Shown here: in pieces, positions 47,283 to 55,734 of the stretch
Layout of the letters: each line of letters opens with the position of its first letter
How positions within the stretch are numbered: the stretch's first letter is position 1
Source: a virus
Taxonomy: Duplodnaviria > Heunggongvirae > Uroviricota > Caudoviricetes
Direction: 5' to 3' (one strand)
Virus record (IMG/VR): IMGVR_UViG_3300020718_000011
Span: 1 to 64,000 of that record
Length of the DNA: 64,000 nt
Made by a program: the position numbers and the translations under genes
The notes under the pieces: generated by a model
Database searches by the model: none
What the model was told of the DNA's origin: nothing
Seen by the model: the letters and a program-made list of their open reading frames with translations, nothing else

Positions 47283-47582
47283 TCACATTAAAATCATATT
47301 TACGTCCAATATATCCGGAATTTTTTGTTTGCTAACGGTTGTAAAAATTCTAATCACATCATATGGTTTAATTCCTTCATCAAATTCTGCAACAAAATAT
47401 CTATCATTTTGATACAAAACATTAAACATAAAGGAACCCTTCCCTTCAAAATGTTTTATAATATAAGGAAGTAAGTCCTCCGGAATGCTTGAATTTGTGG
47501 TAGATATCATGATATAATTACCAAGACTAAATAGTGCTTTAGTCCAATCACTTAATTGTTCATATATCTTTAGATACTTCAT
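47283..47582 (-). CDS. small protein with family N-terminal motif only
   Basis: MKYLKIYEQLSDW N-terminus but no LLKRK tail; ATGA-coupled to the upstream gene. Confidence 0.4.
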   Translation of the reverse strand: MKYLKIYEQLSDWTKALFSLGNYIMISTTNSSIPEDLLPYIIKHFEGKGSFMFNVLYQNDRYFVAEFDEGIKPYDVIRIFTTVSKQKIPDILDVNMILM

Positions 47583-48385
47583 TTTCTTTTTAGTAATTTG
47601 TATGCCTTGGTTAATTTGTTTGCTTTGTCCAATTCCTCTGGAGTAATTTCAATAGAAGGATATTTAGCTAACAATTCTTTGTAATCCATCAAAAACCCTT
47701 TCCTTATTCCACCTATAATAATATACTCTGACTTATCTATAATATCCTTCCTGTATTGTGGTAGTTTTAGGTATTCATCAAATAGGATATCATAAAAAGA
47801 ATCCATTAATCTATTTGGAGTATTAACTAATTCTAATAATTCACCCAATTTCCTTTTAATATACACAAATGGAGAAATTGAATTAATCATCATCTTAATA
47901 TACCTATCCATTCCTTCTATGACCAAATCCTCTATTAATCCCTTTAGATGTGATCCTTCTATACCAAGATCTTTATTCCAAGAATTAATTTTTAACTTGA
48001 CGTAAAAAGGTCCATTTGAACCTTTTAACATCATATTAGTGTAATCTATAAATCCTTGATCTATAATAGGTATTGCTCTGGTTATTAATTCATCTCCATT
48101 AAATCCAAGATTTATAAAATCATCCAATTTATTTTTTATAAATCTAGTATTGTCAGTCGATCCAATCATCATCTTGACATATTTTTCGAACCACTCTAGA
48201 ACTATATCATGAATACTGTCCAATAGATCTTCTTTTGGTATTCCAGCTTCTATGAAAATTTCCATATTTTGTTTAATGTATTTACTCGCATTGCTAGAAC
48301 CTATAAACATCCTGGTATATCTTATAAATTCTTGTATTCGTGGGTCTTCTGGATTGAAAGTCTCAAATATCTGGATATATTTCAT
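47579..48385 (-). CDS. MKxLK / KLTKAYKLLKRK family protein with internal repeats
   Basis: N-terminus MKYIQIFETF; C-terminus EELDKANKLTKAYKLLKRK; three internal Y..MMIGS..FIK.KL..F..LGF..EL repeats. Confidence 0.55.
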   Translation of the reverse strand: MKYIQIFETFNPEDPRIQEFIRYTRMFIGSSNASKYIKQNMEIFIEAGIPKEDLLDSIHDIVLEWFEKYVKMMIGSTDNTRFIKNKLDDFINLGFNGDELITRAIPIIDQGFIDYTNMMLKGSNGPFYVKLKINSWNKDLGIEGSHLKGLIEDLVIEGMDRYIKMMINSISPFVYIKRKLGELLELVNTPNRLMDSFYDILFDEYLKLPQYRKDIIDKSEYIIIGGIRKGFLMDYKELLAKYPSIEITPEELDKANKLTKAYKLLKRK

Positions 48386-48420
48386 TACTTATATATATTC
48401 GATATCTACCTTAAATATTT

Positions 48421-48480
48421 CTTAACGTTTCATTAACAATACATATTTTTTTCGTCAGAACTTTTTATGTACTTTTGTGT
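48421..48480 (+). promoter_or_regulatory. class-A phage promoter (variant)
   Basis: ttcttaacgtttcattaacaatacatatttttttcgtcagaactttttatgtacttttgtgtatat; TACTTTTG box; drives 48509. Confidence 0.45.
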
Positions 48481-48508
48481 ATATTCTCACATTAAAAAAC
48501 ACAATCGT

Positions 48509-49366
48509 ATGGGTATCAATTTAAAAAAAGAGCTCGACCAAAGTAAGGAGCAGCAATTAGAACGTTCCGTTAATGAGAGGGATTCTGTCCAGGAGGTAAA
48601 ACTGCTATTGGCAGGAGAGGACCAGGAAGATAAAAGGATCCTTCGCAATCTCGGTAGCAATTCCACCGTAATGCAGCTGGAAAACTTCAAGGGTGATAAC
48701 ATTCAATGGGAGAACCTGGAAAAGGAATATGGCCAAGTCTTTACTATAGACCAAATTAAACAATTGGCAGTAGACTACAGACTCCGCTTTCTTAATTCCA
48801 ATCACTTTGTTGGCGATATGGATCGAGAGGTAACCGCCAAGATAAAAGAATTCTCTAAGGCTACTGGAGTAAAATTGGACGATTCCACCTTACGCTATAA
48901 TTTCTATATCCTTTCTGTACCCAGCAGTTTTTCATTGACTACTGTTCGGGCAACCCGCTTTGAAGAGTGGAAGGAAAGGAGAAGGTTAGCAGCACTTGAT
49001 CCAGTACTCTTCTATAAAATAGACGATACGCACTATCGCCTGATTCACCAATGGGGCAAAGAGTTCACTACCTGGAGAAGAATTCTCGGGTATCGCTGGA
49101 GAAATCATAATACTTACCGAACTACAAACTTCTTTTTCCTGGTTCCAACATTCTCATTATTGATGGCTTTGATATTCCCTGGTGCTATTTGGAATAACCC
49201 GATATTAACCCCGTTCTGGATTCTTTTGGCGTCTGCCTTTTCTGCCTGGGTATTGAATATCAAGGTAATTAAGGAAAATGGGCATTTTTCTGAAGGTACT
49301 ACTGAATATCACGAAAATTTCTTCACCCCAACAAATTGGAACAGCACAGAAAAGCTGGTAGGATAA
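48509..49366 (+). CDS. membrane protein
   Basis: Track start 48467 lies inside promoter-like DNA; Met MGINLKK chosen; C-terminal half has 2-3 TM helices. Confidence 0.45.
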   Translation: MGINLKKELDQSKEQQLERSVNERDSVQEVKLLLAGEDQEDKRILRNLGSNSTVMQLENFKGDNIQWENLEKEYGQVFTIDQIKQLAVDYRLRFLNSNHFVGDMDREVTAKIKEFSKATGVKLDDSTLRYNFYILSVPSSFSLTTVRATRFEEWKERRRLAALDPVLFYKIDDTHYRLIHQWGKEFTTWRRILGYRWRNHNTYRTTNFFFLVPTFSLLMALIFPGAIWNNPILTPFWILLASAFSAWVLNIKVIKENGHFSEGTTEYHENFFTPTNWNSTEKLVG

Positions 49367-49367
49367 T

Positions 49368-49736
49368 ATGAAAAAGATAATCATACCATTAACATTTACT
49401 GGGCTTCTTTTAATCTCTGGAAGCTTCTTATACCTGTCGGAATTAAGGCACTTTAAAAATCAGCCGCAGTTCACATTAGATACCAAGGAAAGGCCTCTTT
49501 CTTTGGCAGAGGTTAAATTGACCAGCGTCAAGATACAACCAAATGTTAACTATTCCATTAAATATGCAATAGAAACAATGGTAATTACTACTGGATGGAA
49601 AATACATTCTCATTCCGATACGACATCAATCTGGATGCAGGCCGAATCTGAAACCGATGGTAATGGTAAAGCACTTACGCAGCCATCACTTCCAAAGGGT
49701 GGCAATTTTAATTGGGGAACATTAAACTTTAGATAA
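49368..49736 (+). CDS. putative secreted protein
   Basis: MKKIIIPLTFTGLLLISGSFLYL signal-anchor. Confidence 0.45.
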   Translation: MKKIIIPLTFTGLLLISGSFLYLSELRHFKNQPQFTLDTKERPLSLAEVKLTSVKIQPNVNYSIKYAIETMVITTGWKIHSHSDTTSIWMQAESETDGNGKALTQPSLPKGGNFNWGTLNFR

Positions 49737-50087
49737 TTGGATGCTATTGTAGTAGAAAATGAAATACCAAAGAGTATTGGGTATTTCTTGGACCAAAGAT
49801 TGGGGACAGAACCAGAATTATCTGATTGGAAGGTTGTTTTATATTCTAGAGTATCTCCGGAGAGAGCTGCATATGATCCTAACTACATAACGATCCATTT
49901 TAAATATATTGGTTTAAAATACCAACGTGTTCATGATGTGGATTTTCTGGCTGCTAAAATGGCATTACTTAGATTGTTTAATGCTGACCTTATCTGGTTT
50001 CAGATTAGTGAAACTAATGAGCATAGAGATTTCTGGGCTATCATTCGAGATATTGACCATTCTAAATCTTGGACTAGGTTTAAATAA
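49737..50087 (+). CDS. hypothetical protein
   Basis: 116-aa ORF. Confidence 0.45.
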   Translation: MDAIVVENEIPKSIGYFLDQRLGTEPELSDWKVVLYSRVSPERAAYDPNYITIHFKYIGLKYQRVHDVDFLAAKMALLRLFNADLIWFQISETNEHRDFWAIIRDIDHSKSWTRFK

Positions 50088-50092
50088 TTGCT

Positions 50093-50446
50093 ATGGTAAA
50101 TGAATTAGTAAAACATAAAACCCTATCAATGGGTATAGGATGTATAGCAAAGGTATACAAGAAACACTATACTGTTAATTGGGGACTTGATTCTCATTCT
50201 AAGGTTCTCCAAAAGGACGTAGAACTAATAGATACATCTCTTTGTCCTACTGTTAAGTTTAGCGATTATAAGAACAGGATCCTAATGGCAGATCCAGTAA
50301 CCAAAAATCTCAATGAAGTTATCCTCGGTAATGTTGTACAACGCTTCGTTGGTATTGGTTGGATTAATAGAAAGGTAGTAGACGAGAAAGACCTCAAAAA
50401 AATACCTAGAGTAGTAGCAGATGAATTATGGACACGGTTTAAATAG
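50093..50446 (+). CDS. hypothetical protein
   Basis: 117 aa; last gene before the 730-bp non-coding region. Confidence 0.45.
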   Translation: MVNELVKHKTLSMGIGCIAKVYKKHYTVNWGLDSHSKVLQKDVELIDTSLCPTVKFSDYKNRILMADPVTKNLNEVILGNVVQRFVGIGWINRKVVDEKDLKKIPRVVADELWTRFK

Positions 50447-50520
50447 CCCAGTATTCCCCAACCACATGACCCCCACCTAGTATACACACCCATCCCCCCG
50501 GGAGACCCCCTGCGTGTCTA
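50447..50520. repeat. C-tract-rich island (G-quadruplex potential on minus strand)
   Basis: cccagtattccccaaccacatgacccccacctagtatacacacccatccccccgggagaccccctgcg: six C-runs of 3-6 in an otherwise AT-rich genome. Confidence 0.5.
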
Positions 50521-50571
50521 TCTATAGTAAATAATTAAACCTCGAATTATTCTCCCCTAAATACTTAAAAC

Positions 50572-50603
50572 TTCCGAACCAAGAAATATTACTTGGTTCG
50601 GAA
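50572..50603. repeat. 12-bp perfect inverted repeat (hairpin)
   Basis: TTCCGAACCAAG-aaatatta-CTTGGTTCGGAA in the 730-bp non-coding region. Confidence 0.7.
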
Positions 50604-51074
50604 TAAATATGTGGATAAAATAACCAAAAGTGTTAGAACCTACAAAGACCGGAGTTAAGAAAAGTATATCACAATCTACAAGGATGGTAAAAATTACATA
50701 TAATGGAATTTCTATGTTAGCAGTAGCAATTAGTTTTGTTAGTGGAGCATATTATATGGAAAAATATTATCTACTACAAGATGGTAATATAGGTTTAGAG
50801 TATGGGGATTTTGATTCTATAGTTGGCATGAATCCATCCGAATTATTTAATAGTAAAATGTAATCTATTATAGATTTACCTTCATTATAATAGATAGAAA
50901 TTAATTAGGATTATCCCATAATCCCACCTCCGGTTTATGGATCCGGAAAAAGGAATCCCCTTCAATAGTTTGCGGGAAAACATTAAAGGTTTGTTAATGA
51001 CATTTGCATTCAGGTTTACAAAAAAAATGCAAACTCGCCCGAAGCACCCCCGCGGAATTTTCGGAGAACATATT

Positions 51075-51155
51075 TAACAAAGATTTAACAATGGAATTTT
51101 TTTTATTCAAGAACTATTATTATCGCGGGCGTGTGTGCGGGCTTCTTATTATTAT
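51075..51155 (+). repeat. promoter-like element with the -7 box replaced by a GC-rich block
   Basis: agatttaacaatggaatttttttattcaagaactattattatcgcgggcgtgtgtgcgggc; upstream half is class-A promoter, downstream half is a GC island related to the 56491 and 56615 blocks. Confidence 0.5.
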
Positions 51156-51177
51156 AAAAATTCAAGGAGTTTCTTAA

Positions 51178-51795
51178 CTATATAATTTTATTACTCTTTT
51201 TTAAATTATCTAATTTCCATAATGGTTGTAGATTTGTATAATGGTTTAATTTAATAACCTCTTCGAATGTTGTCGCACTATCTAATGGTATTATGTGGTC
51301 TATATGCCATTTTCCATAATTTTCTATAGTCATTCCATCTACAAATTTAGATTTAATATACTCTACGAAAAATTCAGGTGTACAACCTAATATATCAAAT
51401 GTCTTACTTTCTTTAACTAATCCTTTCCTCTTAAAAGAACCATATACTAAGTTTCTAGTATTGGCTTTAAATTTATACAATGGGTCAATTTTCATTCTGT
51501 TCTTACGGTACTCTTTCATTTCTTCCTTTACTTCAGAATATGGCTTTCTCTTTTTTGGTTTAATCTTATAGTATTCGTTTTGCTTTTTATTAAGTTCTTT
51601 TCTCTTTTCTGGTTCCTTTCTATTTTCTAGTATACTCCCTTTATTTTTTAGATAGTAACTATTAGACTCTTCCTTTATCTTATCCTCATTCTTTTTGTAA
51701 TACTCCTTTTTATATTTCCTAATTTTCTCTTTATTAAGTTCTCTATATTTTTTCTGGTACTCACTCATATTTTGAGTCTTATTGGGTTCTTTCAT
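51178..51795 (-). CDS. HNH homing endonuclease
   Basis: DPLYKF...ILGCTPE..W..DHIIPLDSA..NHYTNLQPLW..DN..KSN; KEYYKKNEDKIKEE N-terminal repeats; ATATATA box upstream. Confidence 0.8.
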   Translation of the reverse strand: MKEPNKTQNMSEYQKKYRELNKEKIRKYKKEYYKKNEDKIKEESNSYYLKNKGSILENRKEPEKRKELNKKQNEYYKIKPKKRKPYSEVKEEMKEYRKNRMKIDPLYKFKANTRNLVYGSFKRKGLVKESKTFDILGCTPEFFVEYIKSKFVDGMTIENYGKWHIDHIIPLDSATTFEEVIKLNHYTNLQPLWKLDNLKKSNKII

Positions 51796-51820
51796 GTCTA
51801 TTATATTTTATCTATATATC

Positions 51821-51830
51821 TGAGTTATTG
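51821..51830 (-). promoter_or_regulatory. class-B ATATATA box
   Basis: Minus strand reads gatatatagataaaatataatagacATG before HNH 51795. Confidence 0.3.
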
Positions 51831-51891
51831 CCTAATTTTTAGAAAACTTATTACGCATAACGAAAACGCACACAATTAAATTCCTTAACAA

Positions 51892-51950
51892 ATCTTTAAC
51901 TTAAAAAATTTTTTTATCTTGAAAACATGCTTTATATTTGCTTTATCAAT
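51892..51950 (+). promoter_or_regulatory. class-A phage promoter
   Basis: aatctttaacttaaaaaatttttttatcttgaaaacatgctttatatttgctttatca; drives 51984; this sequence block is duplicated at 56850. Confidence 0.55.
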
Positions 51951-51983
51951 TTAATTATTAACAATTAAACAAGTTTAAAAAAA

Positions 51984-52526
51984 ATGGAAAAGACAGCATC
52001 GGCCAACACGGCCACAGACACAAAAACAACCGGAGCACAGGGTGCAGAGGTTGTAGTAACAGAGCAGCCTGCTGCAAGCAGCGTTAGCATCGTTCCAACA
52101 GCGGTAGCCGTAGAGGTACCAAAAGTTCGCCTGTTCTGGCAGAAAGCGTGCGGATCTATGAAGGATTCTACCCTTACGCCAATTAAAGACGACGAAGTAT
52201 TTGTAAGGACCTCTCACCAGGTAGGCGTTATCCCTGCCGGCGCACCGGATGGCACTGCACCAGTTGCAGAGACCGTTTACAGCATGAAGCGCGGTAAAAG
52301 GATCTACTACACACCTTCTTCTTTCATTACCGATGCACAGCGTCTCGCTGCTGATACCGCGACTGACCTCAAGGTAAAAGAGAAAGAGGCAGCAGCCAAG
52401 GTAAAGGCTGATGAAAAAGCCAAGAAAGAGCAGGCGAAAAAGGATGCGGCAGCAGCCGGTCCAAAAGTAGTAGCTGGCCCAACAGTGGTAGCGGCTCCGG
52501 CAACAATTACCGAAAAATCTCTCTAA
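51984..52526 (+). CDS. Ala/Lys/Thr-rich protein, paralog A of a duplicated pair
   Basis: Core VPKVRLFWQKACGS..TLTPIKDDEVFVRT.H.VGVIPAGA..GTAPV..VYSMKRGKRIYYTPSSFITDAQR with AKVKADEKAKKEQAKKDAAAAGPKVVAG tail; GC and codon usage above background; own promoter and bidirectional terminator. Confidence 0.55.
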   Translation: MEKTASANTATDTKTTGAQGAEVVVTEQPAASSVSIVPTAVAVEVPKVRLFWQKACGSMKDSTLTPIKDDEVFVRTSHQVGVIPAGAPDGTAPVAETVYSMKRGKRIYYTPSSFITDAQRLAADTATDLKVKEKEAAAKVKADEKAKKEQAKKDAAAAGPKVVAGPTVVAAPATITEKSL

Positions 52527-52543
52527 AGGGGTACATCGGAATT

Positions 52544-52582
52544 AAAAGAAAAACATCAGCTTAGTGCTGGTGTTTTTCTTTT
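52544..52582. terminator. bidirectional intrinsic terminator between convergent genes
   Basis: aaaagaaaaacatcagc-ttagt-gctggtgtttttctttt: about 17-bp stem with A-rich 5' arm and U-rich 3' arm, between 51984-52526(+) and 52561-53394(-). Confidence 0.6.
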
Positions 52583-53394
52583 GTCCAATTTAATTTATTT
52601 CGTTTGCTTTGATTATCAGGAGCCCATAATGGCTGGAAATTTGTATAATGGTTCAATCTTATAATTTCTTTTTGGGTAGTAGCGGAACTAGATGGTATAA
52701 TATGATCAATTTGCCATAGATTTCTATTATCCCACGACATTCCTTCCCAAAATTGAGATTCTATATGAATTTTAAATTGTTCTATGGTACATCCTAATAT
52801 TTCTTGGGAACGTGAATTTTTACTAAATCCATTATTTTTTAGGGATTGCCTTATTAGGTTACTTGTCTCTTTAGAAAACTTAAATAAGGGATCTCTTTTT
52901 AATCTCTCTTTTATATAATTACCATTTCTTTTAGCGATGGCTTTTTTATTTTCTATATAATATTGTTTTTTATCAATGGAGACTTTATTCTTGTTTTTTA
53001 GATATTTCTCTTTATCCTTTTCTATCCTTTTCTCCTTATGTAATTGATATGATTTTTTGTTATTAGATAATATTTTCTCTTTATTTAATTGATAGAGCTC
53101 TCTTCTACGTGCTAATTTTTCTTCCCTATTTGCTTGATAGAGTTCTTTTTTACGAGTTAATTCCTTATCCTTATTTAGTTTATAATATTCTCTTTTATTG
53201 GAATTTATTTCATCCCTTTTTAATTGTCTATTTTCTCTCCTTCTTTTTAATTTCTCTCCCTTGTTTAATTTATAAAGCTCATTTCTATTAGATAATTTTT
53301 CCTCGTGTGTCATATAGTATTTTATATTAACTATATATTTAAGTTTCAACCGGGGTATGCTTGTGTTTATCCAATCCATCTTTGATCGATTCAT
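52561..53394 (-). CDS. HNH homing endonuclease
   Basis: DPLFKF..ILGCTIE..W..DHIIPSSSA..NHYTNFQPLW..DN..KRN; long Lys/Glu/Tyr repeat N-terminus; likely true start MTHEEK (about 53313), which is preceded by an ATATATA box. Confidence 0.8.
   Translation of the reverse strand: MNRSKMDWINTSIPRLKLKYIVNIKYYMTHEEKLSNRNELYKLNKGEKLKRRRENRQLKRDEINSNKREYYKLNKDKELTRKKELYQANREEKLARRRELYQLNKEKILSNNKKSYQLHKEKRIEKDKEKYLKNKNKVSIDKKQYYIENKKAIAKRNGNYIKERLKRDPLFKFSKETSNLIRQSLKNNGFSKNSRSQEILGCTIEQFKIHIESQFWEGMSWDNRNLWQIDHIIPSSSATTQKEIIRLNHYTNFQPLWAPDNQSKRNKLNWTKEKHQH
53329..53340 (-). promoter_or_regulatory. class-B ATATATA box
   Basis: Minus strand reads aaatatatagttaatataaaatactatATG before the probable internal start of HNH 52561-53394. 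Confidence 0.3.
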
Positions 53395-53468
53395 TGGTCG
53401 AGGGAGCGCCCCGCAATTCAGTAAGAAATTTAATAAAATCAGTAAAAGTGGAAAGATATATAGGGTAT

Positions 53469-53822
53469 ATGAAAACTATAAAAGAATTTGATAACTATAC
53501 TCCTCTTAATGAGGATGAAACTACCGGTGGCTCTTTTGACGTAGCTAGGTTTAGTATTGCTGTTAAAAGGTGTGCAGCAGCATTGGAAGAACATGATATA
53601 GGTAAATTTGTTAGTATCTACAGCAGCCAGATAAAGAGTGTAATTAATAGTCCAGAAGCTCGTCAGAGAACGGATTTAATTAAACAATTGGCAGAAAGTA
53701 TCGAGATAGCAAAGGAAGGAATGAGCCCAGAAGAAAAGAGAGAGGTATTTGTTCTTATTATGCCTAAACTAACAGAGCAAATAGATAAAGATCCTGAGTT
53801 AAGGGCTAAGTACGAAATATAG
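53469..53822 (+). CDS. hypothetical protein
   Basis: Track ORF 53361-53822 overlaps the HNH gene start; trimmed to Met MKTIKEFDNY. Confidence 0.4.
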   Translation: MKTIKEFDNYTPLNEDETTGGSFDVARFSIAVKRCAAALEEHDIGKFVSIYSSQIKSVINSPEARQRTDLIKQLAESIEIAKEGMSPEEKREVFVLIMPKLTEQIDKDPELRAKYEI

Positions 53823-53861
53823 GTTAGAGATCCCCCTGGAGGCCCCTTGTGTAAGAGAAGA

Positions 53862-54317
53862 TTAATGTATTCTTTGGAAGTCTGGTTCTGGCCAGACTTT
53901 TTTATTGTAGGCTTCCATTAGAATTTTCACTACGTGTTCAAATATAAATGGGATTTCTCCCATTTCAAAGGTTCTTATAGTAGAAGGTACCAAAGGATCT
54001 AATTCCGTTGCGTTGTATTCCTGTCCTTGTAAAACATTAAAAAACCAATTAGATTTTTCTATATCATAATATAGTATACATAAAACACCTACATCTTTAT
54101 AGATATCCTCTTCTGTGGAGTTCCCATATACATATGTGGATTGTGTCCAAAGAGAATTTGGATTAGGTAAAATATAATCAACCCTAGTTGTTATATGAAC
54201 AGCAGGCATTACCCACTTAGTCATAGCTGCTTGTGCATTCCTATAATGAGATAGCATAAAAAGAATGAGGATAATAATAAACACATTAGTCCCCCCTATG
54301 GGCCCCTTGTGTTCCAT
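53862..54317 (-). CDS. hypothetical membrane-anchored protein flanked by direct repeats
   Basis: 151 aa; N-terminal TM helix; the CDS is bracketed by near-identical 22-bp direct repeats containing GGCCCCTTGTGT. Confidence 0.45.
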   Translation of the reverse strand: MEHKGPIGGTNVFIIILILFMLSHYRNAQAAMTKWVMPAVHITTRVDYILPNPNSLWTQSTYVYGNSTEEDIYKDVGVLCILYYDIEKSNWFFNVLQGQEYNATELDPLVPSTIRTFEMGEIPFIFEHVVKILMEAYNKKVWPEPDFQRIH

Positions 54318-54580
54318 TATACCGTTACTTTAATGATGAGGATTTTATCTTTATATTTGTCCGTAGATTGCTCTAAGGTTTCGACGCGGAAGGTCTCGTT
54401 GGGCTTTGCTACGTGTTTATTAAGAAACTCTCCGACTGAGATTTTAGTTCCCTTATGTTCACCAGTAAACCCTATATCATCGAGTGCGTCTTTATGAGAT
54501 TTGATTAGTCTTAGTTGCGCCCAGTTCTCTGATTTACCCTGGACTCTTGTTACACGAAAGGTCTCGATTTTAACTGCCAT
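54317..54580 (-). CDS. hypothetical protein
   Basis: 87 aa with internal ETFRVTRVQG / ETFRVETLEQ repeat. Confidence 0.4.
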   Translation of the reverse strand: MAVKIETFRVTRVQGKSENWAQLRLIKSHKDALDDIGFTGEHKGTKISVGEFLNKHVAKPNETFRVETLEQSTDKYKDKILIIKVTV

Positions 54581-54908
54581 GGTTCGTGGTAGATTTAATT
54601 AGTTAGATAATTGTAATGGGGTTATTTCTTCTTTACGAAGTACTTATAGTATAGAACCGCACAAATGATAATTGCTACTACCATATATGCTTGAGGTTCC
54701 GTTTCTGCCTGTAGAAATAATGGACTTCGGATATGGAGAGTGGAAACTTGCATATTGGTATCGTTTTTGAGGATAAGTCAATAAAATGATATTAACAAAA
54801 TCTTAGAGCAAATTTAATGAAAAGTTAACAAATAAAAAAATCCAAAATGTTAAATTTGCGTTAAAGAATTTTAACATCTCCCGGCTTAATTCTGTATACT
54901 TATTTCCT

Positions 54909-54919
54909 GATATATAGAT
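54909..54919 (+). promoter_or_regulatory. class-B ATATATA box (T4-late-like)
   Basis: gatatatagat ends 3 nt before the ATG of GIY-YIG gene 54922. Confidence 0.3.
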
Positions 54920-54921
54920 TT

Positions 54922-55734
54922 ATGAAAGGTTATATTTATAAAATAACAAGCCCATCTGGTAAAGTTTATATAGGTCAAACTAAAAATATTTCTAATAGGA
55001 AGAATAGTTATAAAGGATTTAATACTCCTAGCACTTCTATAAAAGCTCAAATTAAATTATATAATAGTCTTAGTAAATATGGATGGGATAATCATAAATT
55101 TGAAGTTATAGATGAATGTCAATTTTGTGGTATTAATAATTGGCTATTGGATTCTTTAGAAATTCATTGGATAAATGAATATGATAGTTTTAATAATGGA
55201 TTAAACTGTACTAAAGGTGGATCTGGCCAGTGCGGACATAAACATTCAATAGAAGCTAAACTAAAAATGGGTAACTCAATGAAGGGAAGGGTTATGTCAG
55301 AGCAAACTAAACAAAAAATAAGTAATTCAAACAAAGGAATACTTATTCACACAAAAAGAAAACCTCTTTCTGATGAGACCAAACAAAGAATAAGTAATTC
55401 AAATAAAGGAAGAACTCATGCTAAATACGAGAGAACCCCTCATTCAGAGGAAACTAAACAAAAGATGAGTAATTCTCAAAAGGGTAGGGTACCATCAGAA
55501 GAAACTAAAAAGAAAATAAGTAATTCTAAAAAAGGAACGGTATGTTCAGAAGAAACTAAACAAAAGATGAGTAATTCTCAAAAGGGTAGGGTTACATCAG
55601 AAGAAACTAAACAAAAAATAAGTAGTTCACACAAAGGAAAGAAACAAATCCCGCATTCAGAAGAAACTAAAAAGAAAATAAGTAATTCTCTTAAGTCAAA
55701 GAAAACTAATTTGAATAATCTACTTCTATTCTAA
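54922..55734 (+). CDS. GIY-YIG homing endonuclease with NUMOD3-like repeats
   Basis: MKGYIYKITSPSGKVYIGQT (GIY-YIG), KYGWDNHKFEVI, NGLNCTKGG; about 7 repeated SEETKQKISNS(N/Q)KG(R) modules; ATATATA box upstream. Confidence 0.8.
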   Translation: MKGYIYKITSPSGKVYIGQTKNISNRKNSYKGFNTPSTSIKAQIKLYNSLSKYGWDNHKFEVIDECQFCGINNWLLDSLEIHWINEYDSFNNGLNCTKGGSGQCGHKHSIEAKLKMGNSMKGRVMSEQTKQKISNSNKGILIHTKRKPLSDETKQRISNSNKGRTHAKYERTPHSEETKQKMSNSQKGRVPSEETKKKISNSKKGTVCSEETKQKMSNSQKGRVTSEETKQKISSSHKGKKQIPHSEETKKKISNSLKSKKTNLNNLLLF

